Shown piece after piece: positions 39,922 through 51,732 of a DNA stretch of 64,000 nucleotides. Made by a program: the position numbers and the translations under genes. The DNA is from Alphaproteobacteria bacterium (GTDB lineage: Bacteria; Pseudomonadota; Alphaproteobacteria; Bin95): the NCBI GenBank assembly GCA_965205265.1, contig CBDBGH010000003.1, positions 4,704,001 to 4,768,000 of the forward strand, written 5' to 3'. Numbering within the stretch: the first letter of the stretch is position 1; each line of letters opens with the position of its first letter. Under the pieces are notes generated by a model. That model was not told the DNA's origin and searched no databases. It saw only the letters and a list, made by a program, of their open reading frames with translations.

Positions 39922-40405
39922 TCGCCCACCTCTCGCACCGCCTTGGCCAGTTCGTCGATCTCGCCCAGGATCTGCGTCTCGATTCCCCGCAACTCGTCCA
40001 GGATCTCCAACGGATTCCGGTGCTCGACCTTTGCCCGGCTCAACGGCCGGTGCCGGTTGGCGCTCAGGTTGAAGTCGGCGGCGCGGATGGCGTCGGCCTC
40101 GGCGAACCACCAGTTCCCGGTCCAGTCGGCTTCCGGGTCGCTGTCCCGCCATTGCTTCCAGCATGCATCCCGGTCCCGGAAGGCCGTGATCAGGCCGGGC
40201 AGGTCGTCCGCGTCGACAGGCGTGTCGTGGTTGGCGTCGAGCTTGTAGCCGTCGTTCTCGGTGTGCAGGAACATCACCCGTTCGGTCGTTCCACCCCTGG
40301 CGAAGACCAGAAGCGAGGTCTTGACGCCGGAATAGGGGTTGAACACGCCGCCCGGCAGCGACAGCACCGCCTCCACCCGGTTGTTCTCGACCAGCCGGCG
40401 GCGCA
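39918..40405 (-). pseudogene. hsdM: Type I R-M methyltransferase, C-terminal fragment cut by IS21
   Basis: RRRLVE...EAVLSLPGGVFNPYSGVKTSLLVF...NDGYKLD...FNLSANR; begins exactly at the IS end and lacks the NPPF and SAM-binding motifs. Confidence 0.9.
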
Positions 40406-40587
40406 TGCGGCGCGACAATCAGCTTGAGACGCTGGCGACAATCAGGATGAGACGGGGGAAGGCGGCGGCCCGGAACGGAGGGAGGGCGTAGCCCGACCGG
40501 AGTTCCGGGCCGCCGCCTCAAAAAATTTTTCCTGGACCTTCTGGCGGGGTCGGTCGGCTGGGCGAACGGTGACGTTTTTCCGAGTAG

Positions 40588-42935
<2,348 letters not shown>

Positions 42936-43196
42936 ACCGCTGCCGCCAGATCGGCCCAGCGGCCACAACACTCACGGCCCGCGGGAATCGCCTCCGCGGG
43001 CCGTCTCTTCTCCGACCCGACGGCCCCCCCGCGACAATCAAAACGCTCTCCGAAAACCCTGTTTGTCGCGCCGCGACAATCAAAATCCGAAACCGCTTGC
43101 AATCCGCGCCCCGCGCGACAATCATCAACTCGCCGATGCCGCCGGGGAATCTCATCCTGATTGACGCGCGGCTCTCACCCAGATTGTCGCGCTATA

Positions 43197-43362
43197 CCTG
43201 GGGCGCCTTCATGGCGTGGGCTATGTGCCAGAGCACACTCAGGGCGGCCGGGGGGATGGGTACCGACTGCCGGGCGGCGATGAGGGCGGAGGGCACGTTA
43301 AGGACGACGACGTTGTGGTCGTTGTCGCTGCGCGCTGCTGCCCCGGAGGCCGTCATCACCAT
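43197..43362 (-). pseudogene. Probable replication initiator (Rep) N-terminal stub truncated by IS21
   Basis: MVMTASG...VLNVPSALIAARQSVPIPPAALSVLWHIAHAMKAPQ, then a stop supplied by the IS end; adjacent to a DnaA-like box and iterons. Identity inferred from context. Confidence 0.45.
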
Positions 43363-43380
43363 GCCGCCTGCATCTGCAAA

Positions 43381-43389
43381 TTATCCACG
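43381..43389 (+). promoter_or_regulatory. DnaA-box-like site
   Basis: TTATCCACG, one mismatch to TTATCCACA, followed by an AT-rich stretch (43400-43455). Confidence 0.5.
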
Positions 43390-43662
43390 GGCGGCGTGAA
43401 AGAGTCAATAAACACATAACGCGCTGCATATCTATTGATGCGGGGGGTTCATATATGCCGGGCGGGAGGGGGTGGTTTCTACAGTGGATCATTCGTCGTG
43501 GCCATTGGGGTTAAATGCGGGCAACGCTCCGGCCGATTCAGGCCAGCGAGGGTCCAATAGCATGCTGTGTGAGAGCGGTCAAGTCATGGGGTGGTTAAGT
43601 TGTCCATTCAGGGTTAATTGGGCTGATAGCGATGGATCATGGTTGCTGTATGGGGTTATTAT

Positions 43663-43901
43663 GTCGTTCATCCGGGGTGGAATAGTCCAAACAGATGGGT
43701 GATGGATGTCTGACGGGGTGTTTATGTCGTGCAGGCGGGGTGGAATGAAAAGGTCGCACAGATAGGGTGGTATGGTAATGCAGACAGGGTGGCATAGTCG
43801 CTTACTTGGGGTGGATCGGTCGTGCAGACAGGGTGGAAAAGTCATACAGACGGGGTGTTTATGTCGTGCGGACAGGGCGGCGAGGTCGTTCAGACGGGGT
43901 G
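43663..43901. repeat. Iteron array (plasmid oriV): 11 copies of a 17-bp unit, consensus GTCGTGCAGACRGGGTG
   Basis: Units start at 43663, 43685, 43704, 43726, 43753, 43775, 43797, 43819, 43841, 43863 and 43885; the last seven have an exact 22-bp period. Confidence 0.85.
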
Positions 43902-43922
43902 AAATGGCACCAATTGTCTATA

Positions 43923-43988
43923 TGTCGGGGCTCTCGGCACTGTCGTGGCCCGACAAAGGAGAAAACGACAGTGCCGAGAGCCCCGACA
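43923..43988. repeat. Perfect 24-bp inverted repeat with an 18-bp loop
   Basis: TGTCGGGGCTCTCGGCACTGTCGT (43923-43946) / ACGACAGTGCCGAGAGCCCCGACA (43965-43988). Confidence 0.95.
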
Positions 43989-45013
43989 ATGTCTGCGACA
44001 GACGGGAGACAGGCGGCAGCCGAAGGTTCAGGCGTTCGATTTCATATGTCGGTGGAGACCGGAAATTCAGGAGATTTCGATATTGGATGTTTCATGGATG
44101 ATGGGTGAATGCAGGCGCCGCAGGGTGCAGGTCCGATGTCGAGTCGGTCGAGTCGGGGCCAGTGTACACCGGGGATTCGGCTGGTGCTGGATTCGCTGCA
44201 ATGGGAGCTACGAACAGGAGATCAGTCATCCGGTTGCACTGGCCAGGAACAGGGACACACGTCAAGAACCGCAATACTGCAATGGTTCGGTTCCGTTGTC
44301 CGTTCCGCATTCGGCAATTATCCCGTCGGGTGTGATGCCTCTCCAGTCCCGCAGTCTGGACAAGGAAGAGGGACTATCTCTCTCGTCCGGACGGCCGCCA
44401 AGACAATCCTTGCCGTCCGGCCTCATGCTCAGGCGACAGTGCTAAGCGGCTCGCGCGCCCGGGGCGACCATCGTCCCGACAGCGACTGGAACAATCGCCT
44501 CCATTGTGAAGGGCGGTAGGGGGTGCCCCGAGTCCTCCAGGCCTGCCGATCAGCAGACATCCCCTGCCGGAGCCGGTCGAGCGGCGCAAGGGCCGCGCCA
44601 TCGGCCATGCCGCGCCCGGGGGATCGTGTGCGACGGACGCCTGCTGGCCGGTATGAAGATTCCCGCCGTTGCAACTTCTTCACAGCCATAATCCGCGGAT
44701 GCCGCCGAATGGTCGCGGAGCCTTCGCCTTTTGATCGAGCGCCTCGGCTACTTCCGGGCCATGGGGGATCCTTGGCAGCTGCATTTATCCAGAATTTCCA
44801 AACAGCTGATCCGAATTTCATATATCGAGGTTGAATACTCGGCCGCTCGGGCCATCCGCTTTTCGCTTTCCGGTAAGGCATGTGGAAAAGCGGCGCGACG
44901 GCATGAACCGCGCCGTCAGGTCGTCTTTGCAAGTCCCTGTGCATTCGCGTGAAAATGCCTCCTGTGTGTCCGGAAGAACGGTGGACGGGCACCGGGGGCT
45001 ATGACACCGGGGG

Positions 45014-46156
45014 CTATGGCGGGGTGAGCGAGGGAATGCTGTCGATGTCGTCGTCCAGGTCGGGCCGGGAGCCGGGGTTGTCTTGTGTCGGATCGGGGCG
45101 GTCCGGCCCGCAGTCCCCGCGATAGGCTTCCCCCGTTACCGGGTCCTCCGGCTGCGGGGGCTCGCCGGTGTCCCGGAAGACGCGCGGGAAACGGCTTTCG
45201 GGCGACCTCGCGGCATTCGCAATGGAGTCGGTCGGGAGGTCCGCGCCCGCGTCCGCCGCGTCCGTTTCGGCCGTCGGCCCCTGTCCGCCGGGCCCGGGGA
45301 GCGGTGTGTAGCGGAAGGGTGGCTGCATTACTCTTCCCGGGAAGTTGGGGTAGGCCGTGACTTTCATGTTGTACTTCTGCGCCATGGCGCAGAGGTTCCG
45401 GCAGAATTCCTTGGTGCCGCTCGCCTCGATGGAATTCCAGCCCCGCGCCTGGGCTTCGGCGAAGATCAGTTCGAGGGCCTGCTCGGACCCTTTCCGGATG
45501 GTCAGCTTGGAAGGGCTGGCCTCGAGCCGGCCGCCGTCCGCGGTCTCGGCGTGGTCGCGCCCGTAGTGCGAGATCAGGGTCTGGGCCCGTATGCTTGCGG
45601 GCATGTCGGCAAGGGACCGCTTCCTGTCGTTGTCGTCGACAAGGGGAGGGGGCTCGGAGATGAGCAGGCAGGCCAGGGTGATCCCGTACCATGGAGGAGC
45701 GGGGTCGGCGCGGAGTTGCTGGCCGAGCGCGTCGGAGATGTCGACGATATTGGTGAGCCGCTTCTCCTTGTCCTGTTGCTCGAGGTCCTCGTGAAGGCGC
45801 CGGGCGCGTCGCTGCATGTCGATGACGGCCTGTCTCCGTTCCGCCTGGTATGTGGCCACGAGCTTCTCGATATCGACCTGGTGGGTCATGGCCTGAAGTT
45901 CCAAGTCCCGCATCGCCGTTTCGGGAATCTCGCTGGACATGAAGAACGGGAACTCGATATCCGTTCCGGTGCCGGGGTCCGGTGCCGGTGATGCGGGGGC
46001 AGCCGCAGCGGCGGCGTCCGCATCCGGTTCCTTGTGTTGTTCCATGTCGGGTGGGCCCGCCATGACCGTGCCGCCGGCGAGGGGATCGGCTGTGCTGAAA
46101 TTCCTCGCGTCGGCGACGGTGAGTTCGTCATTGAAGGGGGATTCGGGATCGGTCAT
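45014..46156 (-). CDS. LPD7-like domain protein
   Basis: ALELIFAEAQARGWNSIEASGTKEFCR.L..MA matches the LPD7 A..(K/R)GW..I...GT.EF pattern; coiled coil and acidic termini. Confidence 0.6.
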   Translation of the reverse strand: MTDPESPFNDELTVADARNFSTADPLAGGTVMAGPPDMEQHKEPDADAAAAAAPASPAPDPGTGTDIEFPFFMSSEIPETAMRDLELQAMTHQVDIEKLVATYQAERRQAVIDMQRRARRLHEDLEQQDKEKRLTNIVDISDALGQQLRADPAPPWYGITLACLLISEPPPLVDDNDRKRSLADMPASIRAQTLISHYGRDHAETADGGRLEASPSKLTIRKGSEQALELIFAEAQARGWNSIEASGTKEFCRNLCAMAQKYNMKVTAYPNFPGRVMQPPFRYTPLPGPGGQGPTAETDAADAGADLPTDSIANAARSPESRFPRVFRDTGEPPQPEDPVTGEAYRGDCGPDRPDPTQDNPGSRPDLDDDIDSIPSLTPP

Positions 46157-46195
46157 TTGCGGTCTCCGGACGGGACAGGGGTCCATGGAATTATG

Positions 46196-46207
46196 CGGTT
46201 TTCCCCA
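46196..46207 (-). promoter_or_regulatory. Shared upstream motif TGGGGAAAACCG, copy 1
   Basis: Exact 12-mer also at 49775 and 60143; followed directly by CATAAT (-10-like) on the minus strand. Confidence 0.6.
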
Positions 46208-46325
46208 GAAAACCGGAAATTGCCCTGAAATTAGGCGTTTTTTGGGTTCCGGGCGGGTTATGCGAGGGCCGAACGGGATGTAAGGGATAGTCGTCGTTAT
46301 GGCTCAGGACAAAGGAGCGAAGACC

Positions 46326-46625
46326 ATGGCCGACTCAAAGACGCGCCTGCCGCGCGGCGAGCTTGTCGACAAGCTGGCGGAGCGCACGGGCCTCCCCAAG
46401 GCGGGAGTGGATTCCGTCCTGAAGGAATTCGCCGCCGTCGTGACCGAGCAGTGCTTCGAGCACGACGCACGGGTGTACCTGCAGGGCCTGGGCGCTTTTT
46501 CGGTCAAGGACCGGCCCGCCCGGACGGGCACGAATCCTTTCACGAAGAAGGAGTACGCCACGCCGGCGAAGCGCGTGCTGGTCTTCAAGAACGCGAAGGA
46601 AAACAGCCGGGTGGCGGCGGAGTAG
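46326..46625 (+). CDS. HU-family DNA-binding protein
   Basis: ELVDKLAERTGL.K, V.LQGLGAF.VKDRPARTGTNPFT...PAKRV..FK; AAAGGAG RBS. Confidence 0.92.
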   Translation: MADSKTRLPRGELVDKLAERTGLPKAGVDSVLKEFAAVVTEQCFEHDARVYLQGLGAFSVKDRPARTGTNPFTKKEYATPAKRVLVFKNAKENSRVAAE

Positions 46626-46648
46626 CCGCGGCTGTCCGTTTGCTCTCG

Positions 46649-46686
46649 AGCCGGGCGGGGCGGCGTTGCTGCCGCCCCGCCCGGCT
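46649..46686 (+). terminator. GC-rich 16-bp hairpin after the HU gene
   Basis: AGCCGGGCGGGGCGGC-GTTGCT-GCCGCCCCGCCCGGCT; no U-tract, so it may be an attenuator or stability stem. Confidence 0.45.
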
Positions 46687-46729
46687 TGCGGCAGGCCGGG
46701 GCGGTGGTTTCCGAGGAGGAAAGCGGCGC

Positions 46730-48088
46730 ATGAGGAGGATGTGGGCCGGGGTCTGGCTGGCAGGCTTCCTGCTCGTGGCTGCAGGCGGCGCCTCCGGCCA
46801 GGACAACAGGAAGGATTTTCCGGCGCGTCTCGCGGAGTCCCTTCCGGAGGGATTCGAGATCGATATCGAGATCCCGGTGATGCATGGCGGCCACACGGAA
46901 TTCGAGGATGTGGCGGTGAGGGGGCCGGGGGGTCTTCGGGCGACTGTCGGGAACCTGAGGCCGCGCGACGGCGGCCGGATGGTCGGCAGCCGCATTTCGA
47001 TTTCGGGCGATGCGGCGCCTCCGGTGTCGGTGGGCCGGGGAGAAACGGACCTGGACGGCCTGGATGCCATTCTGGCGGCGGTGGAGAGCGACGGCGATAC
47101 GCTCGGGAATCTGTGTTCCCGCAAGGGGGGCGGCGAGGTTGCGGTGAGGCTCCAGGATATGGCTGTCGGTCCTGCCGGCGCCGGCCTGACGGCCGGCGAG
47201 ATGGATTGGCGGATCGGGATTTCCCGCGCTGCGGTTTGCGAGGTCAGGGTAGATATCGAGGTGCACAATCTGGCGCGCAGCGACGACGAGCATTTGCGTC
47301 TGGATGTGAGAGGGGGATCGTTGACGGGCCACTTCCGGAGCGACGCGCGCACGGGAGTGGTGGAATGGAAGCTCGAGGATGTGATCCTGTCGCGCGAGGG
47401 CAGGCGGGCCATATCTGTTACGAGGTTCAGTGGACGGCTTGCCGTGGACCGGCTGTGGATGGAGCGCATGACGGGCGTGGCGGTCCTTGCAGGATTGCCG
47501 GAGGCGCCGGAGGTTCTGGACCCGCAGGCCGGCGACGAGTTCATGGACCTGCGCGGCATCTCGATCGATGCAGACCGTGTCCTCGGCGGGGCGATGGGGG
47601 GGATGTACAGGCTGGCCACCGGGCGGGAGACAGTGGACTTCAGTGCCCGGATCGGAAGGAGCCGGGACAGGGGAGGGGCGCATATGTTCCGGGCGCAGCT
47701 GTTTTCGCCCGCCCTGGGAGACGTGACAGCGGTCATGAGGGTCGGTGTGGTGCCGGAGGTCGGGATAGAGACATTCGACCTGTTGTACAGGGATCTGGGT
47801 CTATGGGATGTCGCGGCCCGGATGGAGTCGAGCACGGGAGATATATTGCGTGTCCGGGCGCGTGCTCTCGGAGAGGCCGGGGGCGGCCCGGAGCTTGCCG
47901 AGGGGACCGGCCGGGTTCTCGCGGCGATAGACGGCTTTCTCGAGAAGGCGCGCGAGCACAGGATGCAGGTGTCGTTCCGTCCGGCCCGAAGCCTGTCGTT
48001 GGATGTCCTGAAAGAGCTCGTGAGACGGGACCCCGGGCGATTCGGGTCCGTGACCGGCCTGATCTACGGTCGTCATGACGGACGATGA
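46730..48088 (+). CDS. Hypothetical exported protein
   Basis: GAGGAGG RBS, Sec-type signal MRRMWAGVWLAGFLLVAAGGASG, beta-rich body. Confidence 0.65.
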   Translation: MRRMWAGVWLAGFLLVAAGGASGQDNRKDFPARLAESLPEGFEIDIEIPVMHGGHTEFEDVAVRGPGGLRATVGNLRPRDGGRMVGSRISISGDAAPPVSVGRGETDLDGLDAILAAVESDGDTLGNLCSRKGGGEVAVRLQDMAVGPAGAGLTAGEMDWRIGISRAAVCEVRVDIEVHNLARSDDEHLRLDVRGGSLTGHFRSDARTGVVEWKLEDVILSREGRRAISVTRFSGRLAVDRLWMERMTGVAVLAGLPEAPEVLDPQAGDEFMDLRGISIDADRVLGGAMGGMYRLATGRETVDFSARIGRSRDRGGAHMFRAQLFSPALGDVTAVMRVGVVPEVGIETFDLLYRDLGLWDVAARMESSTGDILRVRARALGEAGGGPELAEGTGRVLAAIDGFLEKAREHRMQVSFRPARSLSLDVLKELVRRDPGRFGSVTGLIYGRHDGR

Positions 48089-48659
48089 GACCGGGGGCGC
48101 CGCAGGGGACGGCGCGAGGGGAAAGACGAAACGCCCGGGGTGGCGGGATGCGCCGCCGGAGAAGCGGGCGGAGGCCTATGAGGAGGACGTGGCCCGCAGG
48201 TTCTGGCGGCCGCGGCTTCCGATGCCGTGGCGGGTGCGGGGGTCGAAGGCCCGCCAGCGCGACTGGCGGAAGCTGAGGTCCTGGGCCGAGAATTCCTGGG
48301 AGACGGTGCGTCCGCATGTGATTGACGCGGATGTGGTTTCCGGGGCGCTGCGGGGGTCGGAGCGGCGGGAACGCCGACTCCTGGGGGATGAAGCGTCCAG
48401 GGCGGAGGAGAGATTCGAGCAGCTGAGGATGGTGTCGGGCATACTGTGGCTGTGCGCCGTGATCGTGCTCGGGGCGATGTTCATTGCGGCCGAGGGTTTT
48501 TTCGGGAAAGCCGGGGCTCTGGGCGGCCTGGTCATGTCGATGGCGCTTCCGGTTCTCTGCCTGCGGGCGGACTGGGCTCTTGTGCGGCTGCGCAGCGGCC
48601 GTCCGGTAGGTTTGCTGGAATATGTGAAGATCCGGCTGGCCGGGAGACAGGGGGGATAG
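48075..48659 (+). CDS. Two-TM membrane protein, possibly IcmV/TraX-like
   Basis: Basic N-terminus, two C-terminal TMs, R.DW.L..LR tail; Dot/Icm context. Confidence 0.4.
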   Translation: MTDDETGGAAGDGARGKTKRPGWRDAPPEKRAEAYEEDVARRFWRPRLPMPWRVRGSKARQRDWRKLRSWAENSWETVRPHVIDADVVSGALRGSERRERRLLGDEASRAEERFEQLRMVSGILWLCAVIVLGAMFIAAEGFFGKAGALGGLVMSMALPVLCLRADWALVRLRSGRPVGLLEYVKIRLAGRQGG

Positions 48660-48663
48660 GCGC

Positions 48664-49596
48664 GTGGTCCGGTCCGTCCTCTGTCTCCCGGCTTTCCTGT
48701 TGCTGGTGTCCTGCGTGTCCGCGCCGGGCCTCATGATGGAGCGGGGGGGCCGGGGGTCGGAGATGGAGGCGGCCGTGCAGCGGCACATGTCGCTGGAGAT
48801 GTATCTCGACCGTCAGGCGCGGCTCCACACGGTGGCCTGGAACATACGGTCCTCGAACGCCGATCTGTGCGGGCGGTGGGACCGCGGACTGGGAATCATG
48901 ACGGTGGAGCCCGCGACCCTGCCGCCGGGCCTGAGGCTGGCGGCAGGGTCGCGTTTCGGCAGTGGCTTGCTGGTGGGCGCCGTCGCGCCGTTCTCGCCGG
49001 CGACGGGGATGCTGCACCCGGGTGACGGGATTGTTGCGGTCAACGGGGTCCGGACGCGTTCGGACGGGGAGTTCCGTTCCAGGCTGGCGTCGGCGCGCAG
49101 CGATGCCGTCCGGGTGGACGTGATGCGCAACGGGCTGCTGGAAAAGGTCCTGATGATCCCGGTTCCGGTCTGCCGCTGGCCGGCCCGGGTGGTGGAGGCC
49201 CCGGGCGTGACGGCGTGGGTTGACGGGTCGGAGATCGCGGTGACCGCGGGGATGATGCGGTTCGCGGCCGATGACGACGACCTGGCGCAGGTCGTGGCCC
49301 ACGAGCTGGCCCATGCGGTCCTGGGACACAATGAACGGAAGCTCTTTGCCGACAGGACGGACGAGGAATTGGAGGCGGACAGGCTGGGCGTGTTCCTGGC
49401 GGGGCGCGCCGGTTACAGGGTGGAGCGGGCGGCGGAGTTCTGGCGCTTGGTGGCCCGGGAGAACGTCTATCACGGCGTGGAGTCCTGGCGGCGTTTCAGG
49501 GCGCTTCGGGAAGCAGTCAAGGAGTTCGTGAACTCCTCCCGGAGCGGCATGGGGGGGGCCTCGAAGGCTGTCTCGAGGGGAAGAACGGACGGCTGA
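48664..49596 (+). CDS. M48-family zinc metallopeptidase lipoprotein with a PDZ-like domain
   Basis: LVSC lipobox, SPA...L.PGD.IVAVNG (PDZ), AHELAH, ELEADRLG..L..RAGY. Confidence 0.85.
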   Translation: MVRSVLCLPAFLLLVSCVSAPGLMMERGGRGSEMEAAVQRHMSLEMYLDRQARLHTVAWNIRSSNADLCGRWDRGLGIMTVEPATLPPGLRLAAGSRFGSGLLVGAVAPFSPATGMLHPGDGIVAVNGVRTRSDGEFRSRLASARSDAVRVDVMRNGLLEKVLMIPVPVCRWPARVVEAPGVTAWVDGSEIAVTAGMMRFAADDDDLAQVVAHELAHAVLGHNERKLFADRTDEELEADRLGVFLAGRAGYRVERAAEFWRLVARENVYHGVESWRRFRALREAVKEFVNSSRSGMGGASKAVSRGRTDG

Positions 49597-49774
49597 GGAT
49601 CGGATTGCCGGGTTTCCCCGGCGCCCGTTGCACGGGGGATGTCGCCTTAACCGAATTATCGAACGAACGGGATTCCCGAAAGTGCGGTGGGGTTTGCCCG
49701 GATTGCCGCGCAATTGCATTTGTCCCTCCCGAAGGGAGGGGAAACATGGCGGCCTATAAGCAGAACGTGAAAAT

Positions 49775-49786
49775 TGGGGAAAACCG
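49775..49786 (+). promoter_or_regulatory. Shared upstream motif TGGGGAAAACCG, copy 2
   Basis: Exact 12-mer 160 bp upstream of pilin 1, on its coding strand. Confidence 0.6.
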
Positions 49787-49946
49787 ATTTTTTTCAGGCC
49801 ACTGCCCTTGGCAGTTGCCCGCCCGTCATGTCCAAGGTGGGGATCGAGCGCCATGGAGGAGCCCTTCCTGCTTGCCGTGCGGTCCAGCAGTGACCGGCTC
49901 GGCAGCGGCGCTCCCGAAGAGTGAAACCAAGAGCGGGGAAACTGGC

Positions 49947-50642
49947 ATGCACACACAGGCACGGGCGGCAAAACCGTCCCTTGTATCGAGATTTCGGAAC
50001 CGGAAGCGCCGCGGCCTCGCGCTTTTCGATGTGATCTTGGCTGTAGGGATCATCGGCGTGCTGATCGCAGGTGGCGTCCTGCTTCTTCAGAATGTCCAGG
50101 AGCGCCTCAAGAGAAACGGCACTCTCGCGGCCATCAACCAGATCCGCGCGGAGACGCAGCGGATCTATGCCGGCCAGTCCACAATGACCGGTCTGAACAT
50201 GAAGTTGCTGTACGACCGCGGGTCGCTGCCGGATACCGTGCCGCGCGACGTGGACAATGCGCCCGCGATCATCGAGGGCTACGAGCATTCGTACGACCAG
50301 TCGATCCGGATTTGGCCCGTGGCCGGGAAGAAGCAGTACATCATCGGCCTGGGTTTCATGGACAACGGCCCCTGCGCGGATATCCTGGGCTCCTTCGCCG
50401 ACAAGACCCGGGTCGGGTCGGGCGTTCGCAGCCTGGGCACGAGCGATGCCGGCACGGACGACCTGCCGGCCACGCAGGCTGGCGGCACCGCCGCTACCGA
50501 CGGGACATCTCCGGGACTCGATACGGCGGAAATCGTGGATACGGGCAACAAGCTGGTTTCGCCGGTTCCGGCCGCCACCGTAAATGGCTGGTGCGACGCC
50601 GGCGACGGCGACAACAACGTCTTTCTCCATTTCCAGGGCTGA
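49947..50642 (+). CDS. Type IVb (PilS-like) prepilin 1
   Basis: Long basic leader ending KRRG|LALFDVILAVGIIGVLIAGG, amphipathic helix, Y.GQ...GL, two Cys. Confidence 0.8.
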   Translation: MHTQARAAKPSLVSRFRNRKRRGLALFDVILAVGIIGVLIAGGVLLLQNVQERLKRNGTLAAINQIRAETQRIYAGQSTMTGLNMKLLYDRGSLPDTVPRDVDNAPAIIEGYEHSYDQSIRIWPVAGKKQYIIGLGFMDNGPCADILGSFADKTRVGSGVRSLGTSDAGTDDLPATQAGGTAATDGTSPGLDTAEIVDTGNKLVSPVPAATVNGWCDAGDGDNNVFLHFQG

Positions 50643-50712
50643 GGGGAGAGGCAGAGAAGGCGACGTGGGAGACTGGATCGCGTTCACGCCGCAGGGCGGG
50701 ACTCCGGGGGCC

Positions 50713-50973
50713 ATGATGCCCAACCTTCTTTTTCTGGGAGCGCTGGCGGTGGCTGTCTGGCTGCGATGGGTAGCGGTCCGCACAGGATTCCCGGTCTATT
50801 GTTTCCTGGTCTCGCTCGGGACCGGGGTGGCCTGCGGGTTTGCCGGGGGCATGCCTGCCGGCCCGGCCGTGCTGGTGGCGTCCCTTGCCGTCTGTGGCGG
50901 GATTCTGTGGCGCTACGGCCTCCCCTGGCGGCCAAGGGCCGATGGCGTGGCGAGGGGGCGAGGGCCGGCATGA
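50713..50973 (+). CDS. Small membrane protein
   Basis: Three hydrophobic segments; ATGA overlap with pilin 2. Confidence 0.55.
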   Translation: MMPNLLFLGALAVAVWLRWVAVRTGFPVYCFLVSLGTGVACGFAGGMPAGPAVLVASLAVCGGILWRYGLPWRPRADGVARGRGPA

Positions 50974-51599
50974 AATTCGGCCGGCGGTTCCTCTGGAGGT
51001 CCCGACGCGGAATGGCCCTGTTCGACCTGCTCATGGCGATGGGTGTGATCGGCGTCCTCATCGTGGGGGCCATCCTGCTGTTCCATTCCGTGTCGCGTTC
51101 GAACGAACAGGCTGGGCTGGTGCAGCTGGCGCGCGCGCTGCGTGGCGGGGCCGAGCGCCTGTTTACCGGGCATGGAAGCTATACGGGGCTGGGCATGGCG
51201 GCGCTCTGCAATGCAGGCGTGGTCCCGGAAGGAAACATGGTCGGGACGAGTTGCGCGAGCACGAGTTTCGTGACAGCGCTCAGCTACCGCGACAGCGGCG
51301 ATTCGGTGGGCGCCTGGCCTCTCATCCTGTCCGGGACGGATCCGAAAGGATTCTCGCTCGGCTTCGCGGCGCTCGACAACGCGACCTGCGCCGTGCTTCT
51401 CGGTGGCTATGTCGGGCGAAACCGGGATCGCTCCGGGTTCGCCGGCGCCGCTGTCCGCAACGCGGGGCCCAACGGGAACCTCAACTGGGGGGCGCAGCTC
51501 TGGACGGTCTTTACCGCGTCTCCCCTCTCGCAGGCGAACATCGGGACCCTGTGCGCAAGGGGAGACGGGAGGAATACGGTCTATCTGGGATTCCGGTAG
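50970..51599 (+). CDS. Type IVb (PilS-like) prepilin 2
   Basis: SRRG|MALFDLLMAMGVIGVLIVGA, F.G.GSYTGL, LDNATC...C....N.V...F; paralogue of pilin 1. Confidence 0.8.
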   Translation: MKFGRRFLWRSRRGMALFDLLMAMGVIGVLIVGAILLFHSVSRSNEQAGLVQLARALRGGAERLFTGHGSYTGLGMAALCNAGVVPEGNMVGTSCASTSFVTALSYRDSGDSVGAWPLILSGTDPKGFSLGFAALDNATCAVLLGGYVGRNRDRSGFAGAAVRNAGPNGNLNWGAQLWTVFTASPLSQANIGTLCARGDGRNTVYLGFR

Positions 51600-51732
51600 C
51601 AACCGTGTCCCGGGTGAGCCGGGCGGGCTTGTGCGAAAGCGGCGGTGGCTGGTAGTAATGCGGTGCGTACCGGGTGCACTCGGAGGCGCCCGGATTCGTT
51701 CAGTCTCATTAAAGAGAGAGGAATTCTCGCTC

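Noticed and set aside
38815-40521. 568-aa HsdS with a long N-terminal extension
   Set aside because: The extension is IS end sequence plus an alternate frame of hsdM; the real start is the ATG at 39921 overlapping the hsdM stop.
43663-43901. CRISPR array or RT-associated array
   Set aside because: Units are degenerate 17-mers mostly separated by about 5 bp with helical phasing, which fits iterons. The array is 6.6 kb and one IS away from the RT.
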